From Macrostomum lignano (Eukaryota), in assembly GCA_002269645.1 (NCBI GenBank), contig NIVC01000449.1, positions 290,775 to 354,774 of the forward strand: a stretch of 64,000 nt of DNA, given 5' to 3'. Positions within the stretch are counted from its first letter, which is position 1; the number at the start of each line of letters is the position of its first letter. The position numbers were made by a program, and so were the translations under genes. Positions 37,101-47,923 of the stretch are shown here, in pieces. The notes beneath the pieces are model-generated. The model made no database searches, was not told the DNA's origin, and saw nothing but the letters and a program-made list of their open reading frames with translations.

Positions 37101-40100
37101 GCCCCTGTCTCTTGGTTGGGTGCCCCTGTCTCTTTGTTGGGTGCCCCTGTCTCTTGGTGGGCGCCCCTGTCTCTTGGTTGGGTGCCCCTGTCTCTTTGTT
37201 GGGTGCCCCTGTCTCTTGGTGGGCGCCCCTGTCTCTTGGTGGGTGCCCCTGTCTCTTGGTTGGGTGCCCCTGTCTCTTGGTGGGCGCCCCTGTCTCTTGG
37301 TTGGGTGCCCCTGTCTCTTGGTGGGCGCCCCTGTCTCTTGGTGGGTGCCCCTGTCTCTTGGTGGGTGCCCCTGTCTCTTGGTGGGTGCCCCTGTCTCTTG
37401 GTGGGCGCCCCTGTCTCTTGGTGGGTGCCCCTGTCTCTTGGTGGGTGCCCCTGTCTCTTGGTGGGTGCCCCTGTCTCTTGGTGGCCGCCCCTGTCTCTTG
37501 GTGGGCGCCCCTGTCTCTTGGTGGGTGCCCCTGTCTCTTGGTGGGTGCCCCTGTCTCTTGGTTGGGTGCCCCTGTCTCTTGGTGGGCGCCCCTGTCTCTT
37601 GGTGGGCGCCACTGTCTCTTGGTGGGCGCCCCTATCTCTTGGTTGGGTGCCCCTGTCTCTTGGTGGGTGCCCCTGTCTCTTGGTTGGGTGCCCCTGTCTC
37701 TTGGTGGGTGCCCCTGTCTCTTGGTGGGCGCCCCTGTCTCTTGGTGGGTGCCCCTGTCTCTTGGTTGGGTGCTCCGGTCTCTTTGTTGGGTGCCCCTGTC
37801 TCTTGGTGGGCGCCCCTGTCTCTTGGTGGGTGCCCCTGTCTCTTGGTGGGTGCCCCTGTCTCTTGGTGGGCGCCCCTGTCTCTTGGTTGGGTGCCCCTGT
37901 CTCTTGGTGGGCGCCCCTGTCTCTTGGTTGGGTGCCCCTGTCTCTTGGTTGGGTGCCCCTGTCTCTTGGTGGGTGCCCCTGTTTCTTGGTTGGGTGCCCC
38001 TGTCTCTTGGTGGGCGCCCCTGTCTCTTGGTTGGGTGCCCCTGTCTCTTGGTGGGCGCCCCTGTCTCTTGGTGGGCGCCCCTGTCTCTTGGTGGGTGCCC
38101 CTGTCTCTTGGTGGGTGCCCCTGTCTCTTGGTGGGCGCCCCTGTCTCTTGGTGGGTGCCCCTGTCTCTTGGTGGGCGCCCCTGTCTCTTGGTGGGTGCCC
38201 CTGTCTCTTGGTTGGGTGCCCCTGTCTCTTGGTGGGCGCCCCTGTCTCTTGGTGGGCGCCCCTGTCTCTTGGTGGGCGCCCTTGTCTCTTGGTTGGGTGC
38301 CCCTGTCTCTTGGTGGGCGCCCCTGTCTCTTGGTGGGCGCCCCAGTCTCTTGGTGGGCACCCCTGTCTGTCTGTCTCTTTGGAACTGGACTGGACTGGAC
38401 TGGACTGGACTGGACTGGACTGGACTGGACTGGACTAGCCTAGCCTAGGCTAGCATGAGGCCACACATATGCGGCTGAGAAGAAAGGAGAGAGGAGAGAG
38501 GAGAGGAAGATCGAGTAAGGCCACCTCTTGATAAGCGGGGACGGCAAGCAAGCAAAATTTAGCCGGCAGACTTCCGCGAGTAGCCGAGAAAGAAAGAGAA
38601 AAAGTCGATGTTGAAAAGTTTTCTATAGAGTTGTCGCTCAAGGATTGAGGGACTCCCTGTCCGCGTTTCACCCATTATATATTAATAATAATAGTTCTGT
38701 ATTAATTGTGATGAAGTCTCTCGCTTAGCCCCCCCCCCAATCTCTCTCCATTCCGGCAGAATAGTTCAGCAGATGAAAAATGAAAAAGAATTTTAGGTTG
38801 GCTACATCTTTATCTGCCCATAGGGTTGCATGTTCTGCTTCAAATTTTGTACTTTTATTTTAAAGTCAAGACTTAGACGTGTGCATTCCGTGCACAGAGA
38901 TTTGGTTGTTAATTTTGTTTAACTTGCTGATGACTTGGGCCATGCAGTTCTGCTAGCAAATTTAATCTTGCTTTAATCGTTCGTCTGTTTGCGAGAATTT
39001 TTTTAGGGAAATGTTTCATTTTTTAAACTGTTGATTTCGGGAACATTTTTTGAAAAAGGTTTTATTGTGGGCCGATATTCTAAGGTAGCAATACATGTAA
39101 ATTGTCTGGAACCATTATTTTCTTATAAATTATTAGGCTTTGATTTTAGAGACGAATCTCACGTGAGATTATCCAGCTTAGATTTGAATAAACACGAATC
39201 TCAGGGGTGAGATTATCTAGCTTAGCTTTGTGTAGACACAAATCTCAGGGGTGAGATTATCTAGCTTAGATTTGAATAGACACGAATCTCAGGGGTGAGA
39301 TTATCTAGCTTAGCTTTGTGTAGACACAAATCTCAGGGGTGAGATTATCTAGCTTAGCTTTGTGTAGACACAAATCTCAGGGGTGAGATTATCTAGCTCA
39401 GCTTTGTGTAGACACGAATCTTAGGGGTGAGATTATCTAGCTTAGATTTGAATAGACACAAATCTCAGGGGTGAGATTATCTAGCTTAGCTTTGTATAGA
39501 CACGAATCTCAGGGCTGAGATTATCTAGCTTAGCTTTGTGTAGACACAAATCTCAGGGGTGAGATTATCTAGCTTAGATTTGAATAAACACGAATCTCAG
39601 GGGTGAGATTATCTAGCTTAGATTTGAATAGACACGAATCTCAGGGGTGAGATTATCTAGCTTAGCTTTGTGTAGACACAAAAGTCAGGGGTGAGATTAT
39701 CTAGCTTAGCTTTGTGTAGACACAAATCTCAGGTGTGAGATTATCTAGCTCAGCTTTGTGTAGACACGAATCTCAGGGGTGAGATTATCTAGCTTAGCTT
39801 TGTGTAGACACAAATCTCAGGGGTGAGATTATCTAGCTTAGCTTTGTGTAGACACAAATCTCAGGGCTGAGATTATCTAGCTTAGCTTTGTATAGACACA
39901 AATCTCAGGGCTGAGATTATCTAGCTTAGGTTTGTATAGACACAAATCTCAGGGCTGAGATTATCTAGCTTAGCTTTGAATAGACACGAATCTCAGGGGT
40001 GAGATTATCTAGCTTAGCTTTGTGTAGCCACGAATCTCAGGGGTGAGATTATCTAGCTTAGCTTTGTGTAGACACGAATCTCAGGGGTGAGATTATCTAG

Positions 40101-41672
40101 CTTAGCTTTGAATAGACACGAATCTCAGGGGTGAGATTATCTAGCTTAGCTTTGTGTAGCCACGAATCTCAGGGGTGAGATTATCTAGCTTAGCTTTGTG
40201 TAGACACGAATCTCAGGGGTGAGATTATCTAGCTTAGATTTGTAGAGACGAAGAAGAAACGAATACCATTGTGATTTGAAGCATATAACATAAACAGCCA
40301 GTTAAATAAACAAAATATCAAAATGCACTCACCATATTAACCTCAGAGATGCTATCGAAGCTGGCAATGACCACCTCCATGTTGATGTCAAGTACACTGG
40401 CTAAAAATAATCAATGAGATGTTTTGTTGTTAGATTTACAGCGACACACGCTGTGAAATCAAATTTATAGTCTATTTGTCAAGTTTGCCGTAAGCTAGGT
40501 ATGGAGCCTCATTTATCAGACAGAACCTGACAGCTCTAAAATATGCTAGCAAATTTGAAGGCACCAGCTTATTGATGAGTGATGGATGCACTGGGGCTTA
40601 ATGTTCTCAATAACTGATGAAGTTGTACTTTATGAAGCGGAGGTTGAAGGTTAAATAATTTACAAAATCATTGATAATAAAACCCTGCACGAAAATATAT
40701 GTAAATCAATGTTAGATAGTAGAATAATTCTATTTTGAGTCACTTTTAGAGATCTATAACTTAAATACTTGGTTGTCCATTTTTCAATAGCAGGGTGTCC
40801 ACTCTTTGATAACAGGGTGTCCACTCTTTGATAACAGGGTGCCCACTCTTTGATAACAGGGTGTCCACTCTTTGATAACAGGGTGTCCACTCTTTGATAA
40901 CAGGGTGCCCACTCTTTGATAACAGGGTGTCCACTCTTTGATAACAGGGTGTCCACTCTTTGATAACAGGGTGTCCACTCTTTGATAACAGGGTGCCCAC
41001 TCTTTGATAACAGGGTGTCCACTCTTTGATAACAGGGTGTCCACTCTTTGATAACAGGGTGCCCACTCTTTGATAACAGGGTGTCCACTCTTTGATAACA
41101 GGGTGTCCACTCTTCAATAACAGGGTGTCCACTCTTCAATAGCAGGGTGTCCACTCTTCAATAGCAGGGCGTCCACTCTTCAATAACAGAGTGTCCACTC
41201 TTCAATAGCAGGGTGTTCACTCTTCAATAGCAGGGCGTCCACTCTTCAATAACAGGGTGTCCACTCTTCAATAACAGGGTGTCCACTCTTCAATAACGTG
41301 GTGTCTTCAACACTAAAGACAGTCTCAGTTTCAGTTCTCAAAAAGCCTAATTAGAATGTCCAGTTGAAGACCAAATCTTCATACACTTCAGGCACAGGAT
41401 GTCTCTCTACTCAGTGCATCTTACCCTATTTCATGAGCATCAATAAATCAACAACAAACTGACTCACTGCCAAAGTTCGGCCTCAATCGGTTGTCATAGT
41501 TGGAGATCAGCTTCTTGATGGCGCCGGACAGCCTGGCCGAATTCAAGCCTTCGCTGATGTTGCTGTTGCCAGCTTCAGCAGGAGCTGCCGGCCCAGATGG
41601 CTGTACATTTGAAGAAGCAGGTCCAACCAGTATCAGGCAGCAGCAAAAGCAGAGAGCACTGCAGCAGCTCAT
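19112..41672 (-). CDS. Lcch3: Cys-loop ligand-gated chloride channel subunit, LCCH3 / GABA-A receptor beta-like, 580 aa
   Basis: complement(join(19112..19738,21445..21686,22698..22850,23081..23218,34360..34442,34558..34784,40333..40400,41468..41672)) = 1743 nt, all GT-AG and phase-consistent. Signal peptide, [40 protein letters not shown], Cys-loop [17 protein letters not shown]2 [17 protein letters not shown]3 YVKAIDIYL and M4 [10 protein letters not shown]. Confidence 0.93.
19772..21390. repeat. 13-bp minisatellite (ATCA(G/A)TGACTG(T/C)T) filling channel intron 7
   Basis: ~120 tandem units. Confidence 0.95.
21758..22685. repeat. 20-bp minisatellite (GATTGATAATGAGGATTTCA) grading into a 60-bp higher-order repeat, channel intron 6
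   Basis: Monomers to ~22340, then a trimeric unit repeated about 5 times. Confidence 0.93.
23265..23514. repeat. ~17-bp minisatellite (GGGGATATTTGATGTA) interrupted by the LTR element
   Basis: Tandem units; the sequence resumes as ATGTAGGGA after 34270. Confidence 0.85.
23515..25042 (+). repeat. 5' LTR
   Basis: Direct repeat of 32743-34270; starts TGATGT, ends CACTTTA. Confidence 0.95.
24975..24992 (+). other. Perfect 18-nt tRNA-Leu-type primer-binding site located inside the LTR
   Basis: TGGTGGCAGCGGTGGGAT is complementary to the conserved tRNA-Leu 3' end (AUCCCACCGCUGCCACCA). Preceded by ...ACAACA-C and duplicated at 34203-34220. Confidence 0.85.
25274..26524 (+). CDS. gag: Gag with two CCHC zinc knuckles
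   Basis: Open frame with capsid-like [19 protein letters not shown], then [14 protein letters not shown] and [14 protein letters not shown]. Confidence 0.9.
   Translation: MSLNRSRSLESGSEQIPNENRGAAAAAAASPCASPDDGIFGADSDFIRGLGAGVNANLLQNLLVNMNRQMNLQTKKQIKIAKYKPSMDIRIWLEMFEMKCEREEVYDMRERKALIMDSLDMETALAAVLHMKLPHDLPYHSFREQLIERFEKLGGPNAYREEFRSRLQRKNESVDDYAETLQALGEQAYPNLRADQIEIELVDAFTRGVRVSPDTREKLLLMQPATIMEAKRALKRIEAAREFANRTRDAPVRMMQDDSRSSEHSIPKGLQELMTRQTAALERQQQATQQLLELVSSQSACPPGLQQPRAAHHQQSHWSSNVEIPRYRQRATCYGCGQEGHLLGQCQRYKEQQALGKRYSCERCGESGHAVQDCPARGIDRQYKKKVSGNGAAGGCDGNNPCVNSQEPAAKNTRRQ
26437..31409 (+). CDS. pol: Pol (protease, RT, RNase H, long linker, integrase) in the -1 frame, with a 1-bp frameshift at ~28506
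   Basis: [18 protein letters not shown] / ELLAIV / [14 protein letters not shown]...CRAC, SDQGTNF and NGLVENLNR. Slippery G_GGA_AAC at 26437-26443 is phased to gag, with an open -1 frame. Confidence 0.9.
31429..32346 (+). CDS. Retrotransposon ORF3, 305 aa, unknown function (not env-like)
   Basis: Intact ORF between the pol stop (31409) and the 3' LTR, preceded by acceptor-like TGCCTTCCAG (31411-31420). No signal peptide or TM segment visible. Confidence 0.7.
   Translation: MSDEEMKSAIRTTTKPKKPAGGTTVAQRVDQMRNQGELQLRSSVAVPLNSRVPSLTFLNEELELMAPDSPLDDTTARASINRLRPADEGIPLVPQPKGLRPIDAGAASQERPSTVGGGPQGRPGGADTPQPRGDPEARPLIRRRGRRAGRFRGPAGRELFLSLCQAAARAATATPLYARNVRPPGPCPPPGLRAPPTTPVSRGTSTDDLMAWTRQRQAQAIADLIKLAGVRRHLFAELPPDLQAQLRQESLQSRQTLFEWAANLAARKLADREFSRQHTELVARRFAAELGHVDLPPPLKAVLRE
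32743..34270 (+). repeat. 3' LTR
   Basis: Direct repeat of the 5' LTR followed by TSD ATGT. Confidence 0.95.
34905..35362. repeat. 13-bp minisatellite (GAGAGTGACAATG), channel intron 2
   Basis: Tandem units. Confidence 0.92.
35778..38372. repeat. 20/21-bp satellite (GGG(C/T)GCCCCTGTCTCTTGGT), array A
   Basis: ~125 units; same family as 46470-46915 (inverted) and 55995-57445. Confidence 0.95.
38384..38437. repeat. (GGACT)n microsatellite
   Basis: About 10 perfect copies. Confidence 0.9.
39150..40245. repeat. 44-bp minisatellite with internal hairpin AATCTCA-GGGG-TGAGATT
   Basis: ~25 tandem units with no unique spacers. Confidence 0.93.
40783..41297. repeat. 22-bp minisatellite (CAGGGTGTCCACTCTTTGATAA), channel intron 1
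   Basis: Tandem units. Confidence 0.92.
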
Positions 41673-42819
41673 CGTCGATCACTCTTTTGGTCCGACTTTC
41701 CTTCAGAGCAAAAGCAACTTGGGGAACAATTTTTTTAGTCAGCTCAGCTCATATCAGATTTCTTCTCTGTGTCTCTCAGCAGAGCTTTGAAAAGTTAAGA
41801 CTCTGCTGAGCACCTCAAGCAGTCGGCGTGTCTTACATATATCTAAGCCAGAGGGTAAACTGACACAAATATAAATCTTATACCCTAAAAAATCTTTTTT
41901 TCTCCTAGACGCACTGACAAGCCAACTAATGTCTGTCTTTAAAAACCTTGTAAGAACAACTGTTGGCGTCTTGGGGGTGATTGGGTGGGGGCGGCTTGGC
42001 AATGCAAGGAAGAACAGAAGAAAAAAGACTTGCAAGTTGACTTTCTTTACTTCTTAACGGCTCTTGCGAATCTCCGAGTAGTTTTCCTATTGGAGCTGGG
42101 GCTGTAAAGTCGGTATGTTTTATCTCTAATCCCCAAGTCCTTTCTGTCCCCCAGCTTTTTTTACCGTCTCTCCACTAGGGATTTGGTTTTTTGGACTGGG
42201 CATGGAATGGGAGATGGGAAATGCAAATGGGAGCAGAGCGAGAGAGAGAGCGAGAGCGGGAGCTTCAACCAAGGACTTAACTGGATCTGGTGTCTTCCCT
42301 ACCCCCGCGACAGCCAATCGGGTTTAGGGGTAAGACGGGACTGTCTGAGGGAAGAGATCTGGGAGAGGGAGGCGAGAGGACTCAGGCCAAAGCACGGGAG
42401 CTTGAGTTACAGAGTACAGTCCCCCGATTCCAGACCTCAGACTGTCAGATTTCTAACTGAAATGAAAGCGATAGGGCAATTCTGAAAGGACACTGACACA
42501 GTTAATCTTGTAATAATAAGCTGGCTGCCTGTCATCCTGGATAACCCTTCAAGACTCGGGTGTCTCCCTCTGGGGAAGACCCGTCAGATTTGATACTGTT
42601 CAATCTGCATGAGACTCTGACAACTAATTGATAATTAATGATAATAACAGTAATAACCATTTGATTTGATCATTGTCGCTAATGGACTTGAGGTCAGATC
42701 ACGGAGCTGAAAAGTTCAGGGGGAAGTTTTTAGTACTCTTGCTAGAAATGGAACAGGCCCAAACCCACTCCACCTCAGCAAAACTGTGCCTGGCGCCAAA
42801 ACCATAAACTGCGTGAGGT

Positions 42820-43165
42820 TGTGTGGTGCCCTCATGAAGACCAGGACTAAAGTTGTGGCGCCCTCATGAAGCCCAAGACTTAAGTTGTGGCGCCCTCATG
42901 AAGACCAGGGCTAAAGTTGTGGCACCCTCATGAAGACCAGGACTTAAGTTGTGGCGCCCTCATGAAGACCAGGGCTATAGTTGTGGCGCCCTCATAAAGA
43001 CCAGGACTGAAGTTGTGGCGCCCTCATGAAGACCAGGACTTAAGTTGTGGCGCCCTCATGAAGCCCAAGACTAAAGTTGCGGCGCCCTTAGGAAGACCAG
43101 ATTAAAGTTGTGGCGCCCCAGGAAGACCAGATTAAGTTGTGGCGCTCTCATGAAGACAAGACTAA
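42820..43165. repeat. 33-bp minisatellite (AAGTTGTGGCGCCCTCATGAAGACCAGGACTTA)
   Basis: About 10 diverged tandem units. Confidence 0.88.
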
Positions 43166-43774
43166 ATACACCCTCAAATCTGAGGCAGCCAAGCATCATT
43201 CTATTCAAGCCAATCACTTATCTCAGCAAGCAAAATCCAACTCTTCAAAAAGGACTGCCAATTTGAAAAGAGAACTACCCTTGAAGCAATTACTTTAGAG
43301 GCCGCCAGGAACTTTGGACCATCTGTCTGTCTGTCCTTCATTTCTGCCCCCCCCCATAATTCTGGAATTAATTATCCCACTCTTCTATTGGGTGGAAATG
43401 TAATTCAAGGATTTCATTTTTTACTTTCTCGTCCAGATTTTTTAAATTAAAAGTCCATGGCCAAGACTATTCTATTCTTCGAAGTACAGACTATCGAATA
43501 GGTATTATAATATCCAATCGGAGTATTTCTAAAAATCTGTTTCCTCTCACTCGTGACATGGCATAAAATTTAGCAAAAAAAGATTTGAAGGCGAAGCCAT
43601 GTATAAAATAGAAATTAGCATAAGATAAATCAATGAAAATTGAAATATATAGTTGTTCAAATTGATTCAGCTACTTCAAGTAGTCTAACTATGTTAAATT
43701 TTGGGTCTACATGTATTAAAAAGGCTTCAATCAGCTGTAGGTCAAATAACTATAAGACAGTTATTATTTAAGTC

Positions 43775-44500
43775 GCTCCTGTCACTCATGTCACCCAAAT
43801 TGTCACTCCTGTCACTCCTGCCACTCCGGTCACTGCTGTCACTGCTGTCACTGCTGTCACTCCTGTCACTTCTGTCACTCCTGTCACTCCTGTCACTTCT
43901 GTCACTGCTGTCACTTCTGTCACTTCTGTCACTCCTGTCACTCCTGTCACTTCTGTCACTGCTGTCACTCCTGTCACTTCTGTCACTCCTGTCACTCCTG
44001 TCACCCAAATTGTCACTCCTGTCACCCAAATTGTAACTCCTGTCACTCCTGTCACTCCGGTCACTCCGGTCACTGCTGTCACTGCTGTCACTCCTGTCAC
44101 TTCTGTCACTCCTGTCACTGCTGTCACTCCTGTCACTGCTGTCACTGCTGTCACTGCTGTCACTGCTGTCACTCCTGTCACTCCTGTCACTGCTGTCACT
44201 CCTGTCACTTCTGTCACTGCTGTCACTCCTGTCACTTCTGTCACTCCTGTCAACCCTGTCACTTCTGTCACTGCTGTAACTCCTGTCACTGCTGTCACCC
44301 TAACTGTCTCTCCTGTCACCCCTGTCACCCTAATTGTTACTCCTGTGACTCCTGTCACCCTAATTGTTACTCCTATCACTCCTGTCACACCTGTCACTGC
44401 TGTCACTCCTGTCACTTCTGTCACTCCTGTCACACCTGTCACTCCTGTCACTCCCGTCACTTCTGTCACTTTTGTCACTCCTGTCTGTCCTGTCACTTCT
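43775..44500. repeat. 9-bp repeat (CTGTCACT(C/G/T))n
   Basis: Tandem units. Confidence 0.9.
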
Positions 44501-44567
44501 GTCAACCCTGGCAACCCTATTTTTGTATGGATAAAAAGGAAATCAATATCTGCTTTACCATCAACCA

Positions 44568-47500
44568 TCAGCAGCAGGCTGCATCTAATTATTTAATTAT
44601 CAGTATATTTTATGCATATTGCTGACTATAATATTGCTGGGACACAGATGGTCAATCCTGAATAAATGTGTTTATATAACGCCAGATTTTCATCACCGTT
44701 CATGCGCAGGTGCACAGGTGCTCACAGAGCTGAAATGAGAATTTTGACCATCAGTTACTCATAATTACAGGGGGTCAGGTTAGTCAGGGCGAGCTCACAA
44801 GCTAGTCAAGCTACTCATAATTACAGAGGGACAGGTCGGCCAGGGCGAACTCACAAGCTAGTCAAGCTACTCATAATTACAGAGGGACAGGTCGGCCAGG
44901 GCGAACTCACAAGCTAGTCTAGCTACTCATAATTACAGAGGGACAGGTCGGCCAGGGCGAACTCACAAGCTAGTCAAGCTACTCATAATTACAGAGGGAC
45001 AGGTCGGCCAGGGCGAACTCACAAGCTAGTCAAGCTACTCATAATTACAGAGGGACAGGTCGGCCAGGGCGAACTCACAAGCTAGTCACAAGCCTGTCAA
45101 CCTTACAGAGGGACAGGTCGGCCAGGGCGAACTCACAAGCTAGTCAAGCTACTCATAATTACAGAGGGACAGGTCGGCCAGGGCGAACTCACAAGCTAGT
45201 CAAGCTACTCATAATTACAGAGGGACAGGTCGGCCAGGGCGAACTCACAAGCTAGTCAAGCTACTCATAATTACAGAGGGACAGGTCGGCCAGGGCGAAC
45301 TCACAAGCTAGTCAAGCTACTCATAATTACAGAGGGACAGGTCGGCCAGGGCGAACTCACAAGCTAGTCAAGCTACTCATAATTACAGAGGGACAGGTCG
45401 GCCAGGGCGAACTCACAAGCTAGTCAAGCTACTCATAATTACAGAGGGACAGGTCGGCCAGGGCGAACTCACAAGCTAGTCAAGCTACTCATAATTACAG
45501 AGGGACAGGTCGGCCAGGGCGAACTCACAAGCTAGTCAAGCTACTCATAATTACAGAGGGACAGGTCGGCCAGGGCGAACTCACAAGCTAGTCAAGCTAC
45601 TCATAATTACAGAGGGACAGGTCGGCCAGGGCGAACTCACAAGCTAGTCAAGCTACTCATAATTACAGAGGGACAGGTCGGCCAGGGCGAACTCACAAGC
45701 TAGTCACAAGCCTGTCAACCTTACAGAGGGACAGGTCGGCCAGGGCGAGCTCACAAGCTAGTCAAGCTACTCATAATTTCGCTACTCACCGCTACACTCC
45801 TTGCCCCGGTTGTCCCCATCGCAGGTGCACTCATAGCGCACCCCGCCGTAGCGCACCCGGTAGCGCTGGCCGCGATCCACGTAGCGGCCCTCGATATCCT
45901 TGCACTTGCCGGCGTTGTCGAACTGCTCCTTGCTCAGGCAGTTCCTGTAGCCTTCCAGCCCGGCGCAGTCGCACACGAACATCACGCCGCCGTTCTCCAC
46001 CGTCACCTTCTCGCCGGCCTTCTTGTCGGATCCGCTGACGTCTCTGCAGAGCGGAGATCGGCAGCTACCGTAGGCATTGGTGCCGCCGCAGGTGCAGTGC
46101 AGGACGGCTCCGTCCCGCTCAGTGGTGGCCGGGGCGCCGACCTCCACGTAGCTGCCGGAGGCCGCGTCCAGGCACCTGCCCTCGTTGCGCACAGCCTCAT
46201 CGGTGCGGCAGTTCTGGAAGCCGTCAACTCCGGCGCAGGTGCAAATGTAGGTGACGCCGCCGCTCACTGTGGTGACCTGCTGGCCCTTCTTCTTGGCCTC
46301 TCCGGTTCGGCTGTCCCTGCAGGTCTCTGCGGGAGTCGGCGTTATTTGGAGCTCAGTGGCGTGCGATAGCGGGGGGCTGGGGGCTCCTTCAACAACTAAA
46401 TGAAAAAGGCGTGACATAAATGACAGGAGCTCCATTTAGCCCGTACAAGATGCAGGGACGTCCACGTACCTAAGAGAAAGGGACGCCCACCAAAAGACAG
46501 GGCGCCAACCTAAGAGACAAGGGCGCCAACCTAAGAGACAAGGGCGCCAACCTAAGAGACAGGGGTGCTCACCAAGAGACAAGGGCGCCCACCAAGAGAC
46601 AGGGGCGCCCACCAAGAGACAGGGGCGCCCACCAAGAGACAGGAGCGCCCACCAAGAGACAGGGGCGCCCATCAAGAGACAGGGGCGCCCACCAAGAGAC
46701 AGGAGCGCTCACCAAGAGACAGGGGCGCCCACCAAGAGACAGGAGCGCTCACCAAGAGACAGGGGCGCCCACTAAGAGACAGGGGCGCCAACCTAAGAGA
46801 CAGGGGCGCCAACCTAAAAGACAGGGGCGCCAACCTAATAGACAGGGGCGCCAACCTAGGAGACAGGGGCGCCAACAAAGAGACAGGGGCGCCCACAAAG
46901 AGACAGGGGTCACCCAAAGGACAGTTATCTCTTGTGACACTAAAACGGCACAGTATTCTTCTTCATTACCTATATATAGATCTTCTTTCAAGCACGCCAA
47001 CAATAGAAACCGGGTTTCCCCAGCGGGGGGGGCAGCAGCGCTAGTCTACAGCACTAAACCTGGGGCAGCCCTCGCACTCACCAGTTCTGCAGTTGGCGAA
47101 GGTGAACGAGCCGCCAGACTCCTGCTGGCAGACGCAGTGCATCGGGCCGCTGGCGCCGGTCACCGTGGCGGCCTCGCCAGCCTTGTAGCACCTGCCGCCG
47201 CTGCTCTCGCGGCAGCCGACTTCAATTGGAAGTAAATTGAGCAGGTGAGCGGACCGGGTAAAGAAGATTTTTCTAATTTTCACAGCACGACACATCTGGG
47301 TTATTTAATCAGGTTTCAGCACCAGGGGCGCCAGCACCAGAGGCGCCAGCACCAGAGGCGCCAGCACCAGGGGCGCCAGCACCAGAGGCGCCAGCACCAG
47401 AGGCGCCAGCACCAGAGGCGCCAGCTCCAGAGGCGCCAGCTCCAGAGGCGCCAGCACCAGGGGCGCCAGCACCAGGGGCGCCAGCACCAGGGGCGCCAGC

Positions 47501-47794
47501 ACCAGGGGCGCCAGCACCAGAGGCGCCAGCACCAGGGGCGCCAGCATCAGGGGCGCCAGCACCAGACTACTCACTCATGGTAGATTTGCACATGTCGCTG
47601 CCAGCCACACCGGGGCTGCAGGTGCAGTTGTGCCTGGCGCAGTTCTGCTCAAACACGTGGCTCTGGCCCGGCCGCAGCGTGCGGTCCCCGTAGCGGCAGG
47701 TGACGGCGGCGCCAAACGCCAGGACTGGCAGGGACGCCAGCACAACGAGAAGCAGGCGGGACACTGCGGGATGCGAGAGCAAATGAATTCTCAT
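44568..47794 (-). CDS. Secreted cysteine-rich protein with six tandem 4-Cys FN1/half-VWC-like modules (~325 aa)
   Basis: complement(join(44568..44584,45790..46395,47082..47219,47575..47794)), all introns phase 1 with GTGAGT donors. The last mini-exon (DAACC*) is tentative; the alternative is a stop at 45782. N-terminal hydrophobic signal [16 protein letters not shown]; repeated C-x~10-G-x~10-C-x-C-x~8-C; GC-rich codon usage. Confidence 0.8.
44755..45778. repeat. 56-bp minisatellite
   Basis: ~18 units GTCAAGCTACTCATAATTACAGAGGGACAGGTCGGCCAGGGCGAACTCACAAGCTA; an identical variant unit occurs at ~45080 and ~45695. Confidence 0.95.
46470..46915. repeat. 20-bp satellite array B (ACCAAGAGACAGGGGCGCCC), inverted relative to arrays A and C
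   Basis: Reverse complement of the 35778-38372 unit; lies in intron 2 of the Cys-rich gene. Confidence 0.9.
47318..47565. repeat. 15-bp minisatellite (CCAG(G/A)GGCGCCAGCA)
   Basis: Fills intron 1 of the Cys-rich gene. Confidence 0.92.
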
Positions 47795-47915
47795 GAAGTT
47801 GGCTGAGAATAAAAAACTGAAAAGCTTAAAAAATAGACTTACTCTTTTTGAATATTTTATGAAGCAGCGTTTGAATTTTGTGGACGCAATGCAGGCTCGC
47901 TCTGCAGCTCCGGTG

Positions 47916-47923
47916 TATTTATA
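47916..47923 (-). promoter_or_regulatory. TATA box candidate for the Cys-rich secreted gene
   Basis: TATAAATA on the - strand, ~125 bp upstream of the ATG at 47794. Confidence 0.5.

Noticed and set aside
35729-38448. ~900-aa ORFs (also 55840-57597, 48741-50027, 57793-58532)
   Set aside because: All frames are open because of tandem repeat units; no domain content or coding-like flanks
39150-40245. CRISPR-like palindromic repeats (also the 34-mer, the 56-mer and the LTR 50-bp repeats)
   Set aside because: No unique spacers, no cas genes, and the context is eukaryotic
43786-44568. (VTG/VTE/VTA)n mucin-like tail for the Cys-rich protein
   Set aside because: Out of frame with the only phase-compatible acceptor found (44584); it is a 9-bp repeat translation
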